Part shown: positions 51,221 through 63,348 of the stretch, one piece after another | Numbering within the stretch: position 1 is the first letter of the stretch | Layout of the letters: the number at the start of each line of letters is the position of its first letter | NCBI GenBank assembly: GCA_030704615.1 | Contig: CM060732.1 | Location: forward strand, 39,928,001 to 39,992,000 | Origin: Takakia lepidozioides | Taxonomy: Eukaryota; Plantae; Bryophyta | Length of the DNA stretch: 64,000 nucleotides | Direction: 5' to 3' | Translations under genes and position numbers: made by a program | Notes under the pieces: model-generated | Told to the model about the DNA's origin: nothing | The model's database searches: none | What the model saw: the letters and a program-made list of their open reading frames with translations, nothing else

Positions 51221-53446
51221 ATGGCAGGGTCGAATCAGGCGCAGTTATTTGTTGGATTGGGTAGTACCTCCACCAACACCACAGTTTCTGAAAGACAACC
51301 AAAAGGAGTCAGCAAAAACTCTTCTAGCAGTTGTGGGGACATGAGGACACTATGTGAGGCAGGACGACTGAAAGAGGCGCTGAACATTTTGAACAAGCAA
51401 CGCACCCTCGCAAACTCCAAAGATTATGTGTGTATCTTGCAAGAGTGCATTAACATGAAAGGCCTAGAAGAGGGACGGCAGGTTCACGCACACATAATCC
51501 AAAGTGGTTTCAAGCCAAACACGTTTCTACTCAATGCCCTTGTGAACATGTACGCTAAGTGCAGTAGCCTGGTGGATGCACGCCAAGTGTTTGACAAAAT
51601 GCCTGACCGAGATGTGTTTACGTGGAACATAATGATAGCAGGATACGCCAAGCATGGGTGTGCTAGGGAGGCTGTTGAGCTCTATAAGGAAATGCAACAG
51701 GAAGGGGTGACACGTAGCAAAGTGACTTTCACTTGTGCTCTCAATGCATGTGCCGGCCTAGGAAGCTTGGAAAAGGGCAAGGAGGTTCATGATGACATCA
51801 TCAAAGGTGGAATTGGGCAAGATATCATTCTGGAGAATACCCTTGTCGACATGTATTCCAAATGTGGGAGTATGAAGGATGCACATCGAGTGTTCAGCAA
51901 TATGGCTACTCGAACTGTGGTCTCATGGAATGCCATTATCACAGGATATGCCCAGCATGGGTGTGGGAGGGAAGCTTACGAGATGTACGAGCAGATGCAA
52001 CGGGAAGGGGTGACACCCAGCCGGATCACATTCACTTGCGTCCTGAATGCTTGTGCTAGCCTGGGAGCCCTTGAAAAAGGCAAAGAGGTCCATGCTGATA
52101 TCATCAAATCTGGGATTGCACCAGATATCATTCTGGAGACTGCCCTTGCTGACATGTATGCCAAATTGGGGAGCATGGAGGATGCGCAGCAAGCGTTTGA
52201 CAATATGGCTCACAAAAATGTGGTGTCATGGAATGCCATGATTGCAGGATATGCTCAGCATGGGTTTGGTAGGGAGGCTTTCGAGATCTATGAGCAGATG
52301 CAACGGGAAGGGGTGACACCCAACAGGGTCACATTCATTTGTGTTCTAAATGCATGTGCCAGCCTGGGAGCCCTGGAAAAGGGCAAAGAGATCCATTCTA
52401 ACATCATGAAAGCTGGAATTCCTCCTTATATTAATTTGGAGAACACCCTTGTTAACATGTATGCCAAATGCGGGAGTGTAGAAGATGCTTATCAAGTGTT
52501 CAACAACATGGTTGAACGAAATGTTGTCTCCTGGAATGCCATGATTGCAGGATATGCTCAGAATGGGTGTGGTAAGGAGGCCCTGCACCTATTTGACCAA
52601 ATGCAAGAACAACGCTTGAAGCCAGACAGTGTTACGTTCATATCTCTTTTCTCTGTATGTAGCCATGTTGGCCTAGTGGATGAAGGCCGTCGTTACTTTG
52701 ATTCCATGAGTCGAGACCATGGCCTCACTCCCACAGTGGAGCATTTTGGCTGCATTGTGGACCTTCTTGGCCGTGCAGGGCAATTGGAGGAGGCAGAGGA
52801 CCTCATTAACAAAATGCCAATCGAGGCACATGCTGGAGTGTGGAGGGCCTTGCTTGGTGCCTGCAGAATCTATGGCGATGTAAAGGTAGCAGAACGTGCG
52901 GCAAAAAACATTCTCAAGACTGACCCACAGCACCCTGGAGCTTATGTGCTGCTGTCAAACATCTATGCTGCAGCTGGCAGGTGGGATGATAAAGCACAGG
53001 TGAGAAAAATGATGCTGGAAAGAGGTGTCAGGAAGGAGCCAGGGCGCAGCTGCATTGAGGTCAACAATGGAGTCCATTCATTCTTTGTAGAAGACAAGTC
53101 GCATCCACAAATTGAAGAAATTCATGCTGAACTGAAGAGATTGTATGGCAGGATGAAGGAGGCCGGGTACCTGCCTGACACACGCTTTGTATTGCATGAT
53201 GTGGAGGAGGAGCAAAAGGAATTTTCTCTTTGCCACCACAGTGAGAAGCTGGCCATTGCCTTAGGGATTCTCTGCACACCCCCTGGGTCATCTATCCGAA
53301 TCACCAAGAACCTGCGCGTGTGTGGTGACTGCCATGCCGCCACTAAGTTTATCTCCAAGATAGTTGGACGACCTGTTGTTGTACGCGATGCCAATCGCTT
53401 CCACCACTTCCAAGATGGGGTTTGTTCCTGTGGGGATTACTGGTGA
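51221..53446 (+). CDS. PLS-class pentatricopeptide repeat protein with E1-E2-DYW deaminase domain (organellar C-to-U editing factor), intronless
   Basis: 741-aa ORF with repeating P-L-S motifs, PG box KEPGRSCIE, HSEKLA, CGDCH and terminal CSCGDYW. Confidence 0.97.
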   Translation: MAGSNQAQLFVGLGSTSTNTTVSERQPKGVSKNSSSSCGDMRTLCEAGRLKEALNILNKQRTLANSKDYVCILQECINMKGLEEGRQVHAHIIQSGFKPNTFLLNALVNMYAKCSSLVDARQVFDKMPDRDVFTWNIMIAGYAKHGCAREAVELYKEMQQEGVTRSKVTFTCALNACAGLGSLEKGKEVHDDIIKGGIGQDIILENTLVDMYSKCGSMKDAHRVFSNMATRTVVSWNAIITGYAQHGCGREAYEMYEQMQREGVTPSRITFTCVLNACASLGALEKGKEVHADIIKSGIAPDIILETALADMYAKLGSMEDAQQAFDNMAHKNVVSWNAMIAGYAQHGFGREAFEIYEQMQREGVTPNRVTFICVLNACASLGALEKGKEIHSNIMKAGIPPYINLENTLVNMYAKCGSVEDAYQVFNNMVERNVVSWNAMIAGYAQNGCGKEALHLFDQMQEQRLKPDSVTFISLFSVCSHVGLVDEGRRYFDSMSRDHGLTPTVEHFGCIVDLLGRAGQLEEAEDLINKMPIEAHAGVWRALLGACRIYGDVKVAERAAKNILKTDPQHPGAYVLLSNIYAAAGRWDDKAQVRKMMLERGVRKEPGRSCIEVNNGVHSFFVEDKSHPQIEEIHAELKRLYGRMKEAGYLPDTRFVLHDVEEEQKEFSLCHHSEKLAIALGILCTPPGSSIRITKNLRVCGDCHAATKFISKIVGRPVVVRDANRFHHFQDGVCSCGDYW

Positions 53447-55269
53447 AACACTGACATGCATGAAAGACAATGCCTGAGGATAGGTTGTCACAATGGTATA
53501 AGCCAAGTACAACCGTGAAGGAAATATTGAAGGAAATATTGTATCGTGAATGTTAGTACCACAAGGAATGTGACACCAGCTGACATGTGTCTCTCTCTCC
53601 ACAAGGCTACAGCAAACATCTCATGAGTATACTCTCTCTGTATAAAAATTTCAGGTGATTTGACGCATCATTAGGAAGATTGTAACAAAATTCCAAGCCC
53701 AACATTTGTAGTGTACTCCAATTTGAGAGTGAAAAAACGGTTTGACTTCCGAAAATGATTTTTCCTTGATACAGGCCACCCAGATTCTGATTATGAGGCA
53801 CCTAAAGCATGTTGGCCCAAAATTAGAGCCCAAAATTTCAGAGCCCAAATCCAAAATCTCAGAAGGGTTGCTTTGTATGGGAAAATAGGGGGGATAAGAA
53901 AGACCTTAAAGTACAATTGACACCCAAATGAGCCTTAGGGTGTCCAAATTTTCATGGGAACCAGAAATTTCTTTGGTCATATTGTTCCTTGCTTGATTAT
54001 TCACTACCTTGAAACAAACATTCATCATTCTAATCTACATGCAGAGATTTCCATTTTTTGCCATCTGTTGCCTGAGCCGGCAGTAAGTTCCAGCCAGAAA
54101 GAACGCCAAACCCCGTACCCCAATAAGAGCCCCGGGACAGCCGATGTTTCGTCCTTTGAATTGAACCGACAGACAACCTATCTCTAATTCACAACTGTCT
54201 TCCTATGTAGAGGTTGGGTAGCCTGTGAGCGTGCTCCGGCATCCGCTCAGGTGAGCACAAGGGCATATTCCCCGAATTTCTGCGAAATTTTCACAGCGAA
54301 ACGAAATTGGCAAAACTTATAACAATTATGCGAAACTAACACATAAAGAACAAGTAGCCCCTATACCTGATGAACATGTTACCCTATAGGCGTGGCTTTT
54401 TCTCAATGCGAAACCCACCCGCTCCTTAGGTTTGTGCCCATATCACATATCATTTCTCAATGCAAAATTCACCTAAGCTATCATTTCTCAATGCGAAATT
54501 CACCGTCGTCGCTATAGGTTTAGGGTTTCTGGCTACACTACTGAAGGTTTTGCCTCCCTAAATTGGCAGATGTACCGTACAAATGCACCAATACTATACC
54601 CGCTTATGGTTTTATTCCGTTTTGAAAATATATAACTCATATGACCGAGGTTTAAAAACATAAAATTCCCATAACCATGGGTTGTGCTCACGCGCTGCTC
54701 CCAAACCCCCTATGTATATGCTTACTGCGAGCACCTGTATCACCCCATAAACCCAGCAAACAGTAAATAGAGCCGTATATGATCCCAGAATTGGGGGGAG
54801 TTGAACTTCCCGATCTACCCAGTGCGAAGAGAGTTCCCTTCCCAAAGCAGCAAGCATTTGATTCACCCCAAAAAACACAAACCACAAGCATGAGCTATAC
54901 TGTCTCGACCCAAAAATGTGAAACCACCCAAACACATGAATACCCAAACACAGACCTTACACACCCATGTCACTAGGGGCTATTCTTGAAGGTCAAAAGA
55001 CAAAAAGATGATTGAGCGGCCAATGGGGAGGGTAGGCAAGGTGTTGGAATGGATGATATGTGAGGCCAAGTATACAGGCTAGCATAAAATGAGGGTATCT
55101 GAGACCAAGGTTATACACATCATGTTTGTCACGTCAAATCACGTCAGACCTGAAACGACCCGCGTCACGTCGGTTTACCGAAATTTCAGTAAAAAAAACA
55201 TTATGGTAAAAAATGGCCTCCTCATCCGTCACGTTGTATTGTCACGGTGGCTTAGGTATGAATGTCTCG

Positions 55270-55692
55270 TAAATTGCTCCGACAACCAATATTGGCGATC
55301 GTTTTTTTTTTTTTTTTTTTTCAATGCATGCGACCGTCAATATCGGGGGTCACAACATTTTTTTTTTAACATATGCATACGACCACCAATATGCGCGGTC
55401 GTAGCATTTTATTTTATTAATAAATGCATGCTGGAGTTCACCAAAAAAAAATTAAAATTAAAATGCATGTGACCGCCAATATTGGCGGTTGCAACATTTT
55501 CTTTATTTTCAAAATGCTTGCGATTGCAATATTATTGGTGGTCGCAACAATGTTTTTATTTTCTAAAATCCTGCATTAAAAATAAAACAAATACTGCACA
55601 TGATTTTTAAAAATAAATAATATGCTGCGACGGCCAATATTTTCAGTCGCGGGCATTTTAATTATTTTAAAACACCTATGACCGCCAATATG
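55270..55692. repeat. Array of degenerate palindromes (GCGACCGCCAATATTGGCGGTCGC consensus) separated by A/T tracts
   Basis: About 7 copies, e.g. near 55280, 55331, 55380, 55470, 55520, 55627 and 55679. A further half copy lies at ~58588. Confidence 0.85.
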
Positions 55693-55714
55693 CCCTGGAT
55701 GATTGGTTGTTCAA

Positions 55715-56110
55715 CAGACAAAGGTGGAGGCCATTGCATGCATTCCACGTCCCACAGATGTGAGCAGAGTATGTGCTTTTATAGGATTGGCAAACTGCTA
55801 TTGACGGTTTGTCAGGGATTTTAGTAGCATTGCAAAGACTCTTTCCAAATTGACCAAGGTGGGTCAGGAGTGGCAATAAGAGGAGCAGGAGGAAGCCTTT
55901 GGGGAACTCAAGGCTCGATTGACTTCTGGCCTTATCTCGAGGGCGGCCTTTCCAACTACGTACGGATTGGAGTAAGGTTGGGGATTGGAGCAGTGCTCAC
56001 ATAGGTGGATGATGAGGGAAGAGAGGTTGTAGTAGCATATGCTAGCCGCTCGAACAATGATGCCGAGGCCAAGTAAAGCTCATATGAAGAAGAGTGTCTA
56101 ATTGCAGGAT
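55715..56110 (+). mobile_element. Degenerate Ty3/gypsy RT-RNase H fragment
   Basis: KVEAI...RAF-type IGLAN..RFVRDFSSIAK, EEAFGELKARLTS, GIGAVLT, GREVVVAYASRSNNDAEAK and SSYEEECL, interrupted by stops. Confidence 0.85.
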
Positions 56111-59100
56111 GGGCACTAGTTATAGATTGGTGATCAAAAGTGGCACATGTTGAGTCCATTGGAAGTCCATGGGAAAAAATAATAAATAAATGAGTCTATT
56201 GCTTTCATTTTATTTTTAAAAAATAGATAGTATTATACATAACATTTTTAGTAAAGAGTCCCTCCTCAAACATTGAAAACATTATTTATTATATATTTTA
56301 ATCTTTAATTTGAAAAAATATTCGAAATCTAGAGTTTACAACCACTTGTCCATATACCACATGGCACCTCTAGATTATAGGTTTGTATGTCTTTTTAGTT
56401 ACAGGCGACACCTCAATCAACTTGTTTTTATTTGCAAAATAGTCCATAGCTCTCAATTCCTAAGATAACTAGTCGAAATAAAAGTGGATTTGGGTTGGAT
56501 TTAAAAATGGCACCATGTTTTCCTTTGTGCCATTGTATGAGTGTACATGATGTTGTTTTAGTCCATAAGATTTTATATGTAACATCTGCACTCCACAGTA
56601 ATCAATTTTTAAAAGTCCATGGCTCTCTGGTTCATGATTGTTTTTGTAATCTAACAATTGGTACACATACCTATTGTAGTTAGAAACCCTACACCATATA
56701 AATTTAGATGAAATATTGAGTTGTTGGACAAATAAAAGCATGGAGGGAGGTCACTACAGAAACTGCCATGTTACGCAAAAATTGAGACACCCAATCCTGC
56801 AAATACCCAATTTCGGAACTTATCGTCCATTGTTTGTGTATTTGATTTTTGCGGATATTTTTCTCTTGTAGGTTCCTTTAACTACTTTAATGGTCTTCAC
56901 ATCCTCTACATCCTTGGTTTCTTCCTCAGTAACGTCCTCCATTTTAGCAGCCAGCACAAACTCCTCAAACTGAGTCGTGGCATCCTCTCAGAATATGTTT
57001 GTTGGTTGATTGTATAAATTTTGTACTCTACATCATGCACCCATTGAAAAAATTACATAATCTTCAAAGTTTTTGTATTTCCTTCAAACAGGTCAAATTA
57101 CAAGATAAGATCCGTGCCTAAACCCCCTAAGGATTTAAATTCAGGGTTTTTCATTCTTAACCGAATTTCGATGTCTTTAATATGGCCAGTTGAAACTCCC
57201 AGCTAGTGGTGGCCGACGAGTTCATCATTTCAATTAATGTACACAAGTCTTCATCGGTGTTACAATCTAACAGCTGAAATTTATGTGTACAGGGTATGAG
57301 CGCAGTTATCCATGCCAACCGGAGTTGAAGGGCTGATTATGTACTGCAGATTTTTTTTATTTTGTGATGGCAACATCAGTTTGCTTTTCATGATAATGTC
57401 GAATAACTAGATTGGTTCTCTATACATTAGAACAAATTGCGGCCTGTATGTAAACCCTTGGAGTGCTCACCAGTCCAACCCATGTCCAGCTTCCAAGTCG
57501 CTTGAATTGTAGGCTGTGATTGCCCGTAGGACGTTAAATCTTAGTGTCATTAGTCCCTTCCAGGTTCTTAATAATTGTGCTGCAATAATACACTCTGAAG
57601 CTTGGAAAACAAAGAATTCATATGAATCTAACAACTCCGAATGCAACCCCTCGGTACTTAAAAGTAGCAAGACTCGAGGAGGTTTCCTCAAGCTTAAAAT
57701 TGCAGTTGGCATCTAGAAATTGTGCTTGCACACAGCCGCGTAACTTAGGTGTGTTGCTTACATCTGATTGCTTAATCTGCAAAGGCTCCGTGCAACGGAT
57801 GAATCCCACATAATCCCATATCGAGAATTTCTTGTATTAATTATCTATATTGCAATTGCATCCTCAATTTTTCAATCAGCTAGTAAATTTATACACATTT
57901 TTGTGATTGCATATGCTCCATTGTCTTTTGTCCATTCTGCATAGTCACTGCAATCTTGAGGGTTTTTGGAGATGACATGCTTATTTCATATTTTTATAGT
58001 TTTGATATTTAATGCACTTCTAAAGGAAATAAAAGTTGTAGATTACACTAGGGGCATGCCGTTGAAATGGGGCCACTAGGAAAATTTTGCAAGCTTTGGT
58101 GATTGATCAAGGCCATGTGGACCAGCCATTTCCTCGTTTTGAGTGGAGAAAAAGATCCATAGATATGGCGCATTTAGAAGATGGAAACCTGACCTCCTCT
58201 CCCATTCGGTTACCTTTTTACAAGCATCATTTGATCAAATCAACTATGTCATGCCAAGTGATACATGGGGGAACCAAGCGTGCTAATTCAGGCTTCCCCA
58301 CTTACACAAATTCCTATATATCTAAGGGGGTCTCCTCTCTCACATTTGTCACATGTCATGTCCACTTCTGGACATCCTCTACGGTTACTGATGCGCGAAT
58401 TAAACTAAGTTTCCTAAGATTTCGATATGGCCCAATACGTGGGTAACCAATGACGTAACTTGTTTTAACCTTTGTTATACCCTGGTTCCTAACAAACATT
58501 GCACGCTATGCAGTGCCTAGCCTCCCCCAAATAGACCCATGGCCACACTTGGCTCTCCATGGTAACCCCACCACCCTGTAAATGCGTGCGACCGCCAATA
58601 GATCAATGACTAATAAGTAGTTTCCATATTTTCCTATCAATGCTTACTTCATGAGATTTATGGGCAATGGCAGCCTTTTAGCTTCCCACCCTCCATCATG
58701 GAATGTCATGAATCAATGATTGTAGAACAAGGAAATATGAGTTTAACACTTGGCCTTTGAGTTGTAAAATCTAGTTTCAAGCTGAGGTGTACAGGTCTTC
58801 AAGGACAGACCCCTTATATTCTTTGTGGCAAGCAAGGGCCATCACTCCCGGCACGTAGCTCTCTTCCCCTTGCTGATGGTGGACCTCCTTCTAATTCTAG
58901 AGCTTTCCAAAGAATCCCAAAAAAATAGGATGAGGCGATGGTCCCCCTTCTAGAAGGCTCCACCACTGCCTTCAGACGGTATATAAAGAGGGTTTATTCC
59001 ACCTTCACCTTAATTTGGTGGACTTTGCAAGCAAGCCCCTTTTTTAAAAAGTAAATTTGGAACCTCAACCATCTTCAAATGAATAGAATTGTCAATAAAG

Positions 59101-59343
59101 CCAATAAAGTACCCCAGTCCATAGAAATAATTAATTTGGGCGCGGTCTGCGAGCACCCAATGTCGGGCTTCGAGTGGGTAAGACTAGGGTTTATTTTATT
59201 TTATTTTTGGGTAGTTACTATACATGTGTCAAGTGAGGGGAGGTGGGGGTTGTTTGGGATTGACACGTATGGGAAGAGCAACATTTTAGACCGCTGGATA
59301 ACGGCCTGCCCCTTTAGCAAGTATGTATTCACTGTTATCCAGA

Positions 59344-60539
59344 TCAAGCGAACATCGCAGAAGCAAAGCCCCCTTGTGCATCATCGCGGAAGCCGCGCAG
59401 TGCAGACTGTTTTTACTGGCAGTCATAATGGCGTGGTCGCAAACGCCGCTTCCAAGCCTTGCCGCTCCCTCCCGAGGGGTGGCAATGGCCCGGAGACCCG
59501 CATCTCCAAGAAGCCACATGATAGGAAATGGCAGGCTTTGACGCCCGTCCGAATAAGGCTGTTGTACACAGTCGTTCTGTCAGGTCAGGGGATGCCCCGG
59601 TTCCAGGGGAACACAGGCCATGCTAGTTCCATAACTTGGGCCCTTGGACGGGACCTTCAGGTGCCGGCTCTTGGACGATGTAGATGGCAGGTTTTGACAC
59701 CCGGGTTCCATGGGAACACACCATGACACCCCTTACTTACTGGCGCGCTAAAACGGTGAATGGCGCCATTATGGACAGCCGCGATATGCCAGTAGAAGTC
59801 AGCATCCGACGGTCACAGAATTACGTACCCAACATTTCAAACAGGTTGCTGTTCAAACCTCGGTAAGGTACTCGTAAACATTGGCTCAGAATTTTGTGTG
59901 GCCTCGTCGTTATGAGGCTGGTCAGACGACCGTCAGGCCGTCTCATTAATATAGGAGCAAACTACCTTCATGCGTAAGGACTTCGAAATTTTTTGGCATA
60001 TGAATTTTACAACTACCTCCATGCAGGTAATTTTAGGATTTTCTACATGAAGGTAGTTGCAAAACCAAGCTGAACTACTTGCATGAGAGTAGTTGCATAC
60101 CACCTCTGTGGAGGTAGTTACAATAAGCACCAACCACCGGAACTACGTTCAAGGAATGGAACCCGAAGCCTGCATCGATACATCGCCATCGACCTACCAC
60201 TAGACCACAACCTCCGCCGTGCCAACTATTTGACGTTTTTTCAATATATAAGAGAAACAGGGGAATAGGGATCCTTTTAATGTAGCGGGGCCGCTGTCAG
60301 GTCTTGTCCCCTCTGCACCCTGCGGCCTCAGTACGACGAGGCCACACAAAAATCTGAGGCGTAAAAATTGAGCGACGGGAGGTCCCTCCTCGTGTACTAT
60401 CCTTCAAAACATGACATGAGCTCACAGATGGCGCCTGACTCCGCGATACACGGGATATGTTCCGATTCGATTGGATTCCCTCCAATTCGCGGGATATGCG
60501 ATTCGAGAGCAAGGGCTATGGCCTGTAGCCTCCCCGCTC
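59344..60539. repeat. Copy B of the ~710-bp dispersed repeat, interrupted by one MITE
   Basis: Colinear with the four pieces of copy A. Confidence 0.92.
59883..60360. mobile_element. Mutator-like (MULE) MITE
   Basis: ~36-bp TIR G(G/C)CTCAGA(A/T)TTTTGTGTGGCCTCGTCGT..TGAGGC. 9-bp TSD GTAAACATT / GTAAAAATT. The empty site is visible in copy A at ~29882. Confidence 0.85.
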
Positions 60540-63348
60540 CCGCTTTCGGCCCCTCTGCATTGTTGTCTCTATCCCCCTTCGGCTTGTGAATCTCTTTAGC
60601 TCCCTTGAGTAGGAAGGCACATTTTGCTGCCTCTCCCCTGTCTTGGTGTCTGTTTACCACAGCTGTTCTTTGTGGTGAGAAGGTATAGTCCTCCTCGTTA
60701 GCCTTGTCCTTGACCTGTGATCGGAGTTGCAATGGAGAATTCTGGCATGTCATATCCAAATCTTATAGTTGCCTGCAAGTCTGTGTATTGCCCATGACAT
60801 GCTTGTTGCGAATGTCCTGGAGGCATACTTTCTCCAACTTGGTGCCATCATTTGATGAAAACAAGGGAATGTATATACTTCAAATTCTGGACATTATCCC
60901 AGTATTGCATGTCACATGTTAACTTGACAAGGCATGTGTGAATGTAGGAAGAGCAAGAATTCCCAGATCAAACTGACAAATAGATCAGGCTGGTGTTTCC
61001 TTGGAAAAACAACCCCCATCTCCCCCTCAAACAGGTAAATATTTTCATTTATCCTTGTTCTTACACAAATGAACGGTTAATTAATTTCCATAGATTATTG
61101 GAGAGTAGATAGGAAAAGGATAAATGTGGAGGTTCCTTCTTCAGGTCTAGATCTATATACCTCCTATAATCAGCCCTACTATTACACTCAAAATGAACAC
61201 CTTAAGACAAAAAGATAGAGATGAGCATAACAAACAAAAAAAAGTTATATATCCTTAAATATATCCTTGACTGATTTTTGTCCTTTGGATGGAGGTTACA
61301 TAATCTTCTAATTTTTATGGACCGTTGCCCGGAGGGTAAGCAAAATCCTATTTACCCACACAACAGGTCAGGTATATAAGGAGTATACAAGGAGGGAGCG
61401 CTCTCATCCAGCACGCCACTTACTCTTAATTATGCTACTTATTGGTAACTACTTGAGTGGGCTATGCACGCAGGACCCAGTAAAACAAATCATAAAATGG
61501 AAGACGCCTTAGGACATTAGTGAGGTTTGCTTCCAAGGGTGGAACAGTTTTCGTTTGAACCTGGGTACTTGGACTCTAGACCCAGAGTTACTCGAGTCTA
61601 GACCCAAAGTTACACTACACAGATGTCTAGTATATAGTGATTGTTGTTTGCTGCATCCAATATAGAGGTAAGGATTGCCCTCTGTACCCACTACATATGG
61701 CTCCCCCAAGCCTTCTTTCCCTCCTTTCTTATCTGATAAAATCGGGTGTCCGCCAGTTTCTCTCAAATACATATACAGTTACTTTCTTCAATACGAGTTA
61801 AAGAGTTACACAACTTCATCTGCAGCAACACAGATTTGTGTACCAACAAATTTCTTGGATTTCAAGGTCCAAGACTACAAACAGTTTAAGAGACAATGTG
61901 AGATAGGATAGTAAATAACAACCACTATCCACTGGAAGATATTCACAGGAATAGTATGAATGTACATATACCACCATTCCAATCCTGTATATTGTTTATT
62001 TCAAAAAGTCTAAGTGCACAAATCAGGTGATTTGTAGTTACTGAATATAGTAGTAATAAAGCAAATCTTTGGAAACATTGCAAGAAAAACAGTCTACAAA
62101 TGAAATGTCTTCAATATATGTCCTTGTACCAGAAGTATCCCATATCTGGGTTTCTTTGTCACAGCTTGCCGACATACCACACAGCTTTTGATTCCAATCT
62201 GTTACCAGAGCAGCAGTAGCACACATAGTCCTTCGTTTGTGCTACACATCAAAGGAAGCCCTCCCGATTGATAGGACCCTCTTCCACATGGACCACCTTT
62301 CTATCCAGACAACTCCTCATGAGACACCGAAGTTTGCAAGTTAGTTTGAAACCGAGGTAAGATCAGGCAGTAAAGCCAGAACTCCACCGTAGCATCCACC
62401 AGGTTTGCACATGTGCACTCCTGTGATGACAAAGCAGACTTTTAACTGGGATGGTTAAAATGGGTCAGGTTTGCAAGTCCCTGCACAAGCAGTTAAATGG
62501 ACTCGACTTTAGACACCGTGCGGCAGGGAATGCCAACACGAGAGATTGAGTGGGGACTGAAATCTGCACTGCAGTTCCAACGTCCACATAATATGGTCCC
62601 TATTGTCCAGGGGCCGAGCAGCGGCAAGCGAAAGTTAATTTGCTGTTCTCTGCCAGGAGAGAAGGGCACATTCGAAGGGTAACTTAAAGTCCATCTCGTG
62701 CGCCGGAGCGTGGTGTTGTACCAGGGCTTAGCTCTCTGGCAAACACAGGCTCACAGTTATCACTGCCTTACCAAGGCATCAAAGTGTCTTGGCAGGAAGC
62801 CATGCGGCAGCAGAAACCAATTAGTTTCCATGGGAAACAAATCCCAAGGGAGTAGTCAGAGTCTGGACAAATTGAAGACCAGAGCTTTGTTGGCATGCTG
62901 CACCAGTTAGTTTGATCAGGGCATCCCACCCCTACAGGGACTGGAAGGGACCACCACAAAGTCTTCCACTGAGACACCCTTGCTACATGGCAGGAGTAGG
63001 ACCCAGGATTCTGTTAGCAGTCATCATGTCATGTCAGCAAACACCCAGAGGCAGTATTAAGCAGGTACTTGTACGAGTCACCTCTGCACTATCCTTGAAG
63101 GCTCCAACGAGGTGATGGACATAGATGATCCAGAGAGGTATCCAGGCTGCATCGGCACCCACAGACTGACCCACTGTCAAAACCAAAAAATAAAAATGAA
63201 TATCATTCATCTACTCCTGCCAACTGTTGACAGCCCTTTGGCATCTAGTCAATAACAGTCAATAACAACAGTAAGTACTTAGTATAACAAAACACACATA
63301 CTCAAAACATATTTTCAGACATACTTCGAATATATACATGCTCACCTC

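Noticed and set aside
59079-59726. 215-aa ORF overlapping repeat copy B
   Set aside because: The frame is not conserved in copy A (indels) and has no recognisable domain.
60540-62230. Minus-strand exon-like fragments next to repeat copy B
   Set aside because: They could not be assigned to any protein family from the sequence alone.
62340-63050. Short motif matches between the region downstream of importin alpha and the 710-bp repeat (TTCCATGGGAA, ATGGCAGG, GCAGTCAT)
   Set aside because: The matches are short and not colinear, so probably chance.
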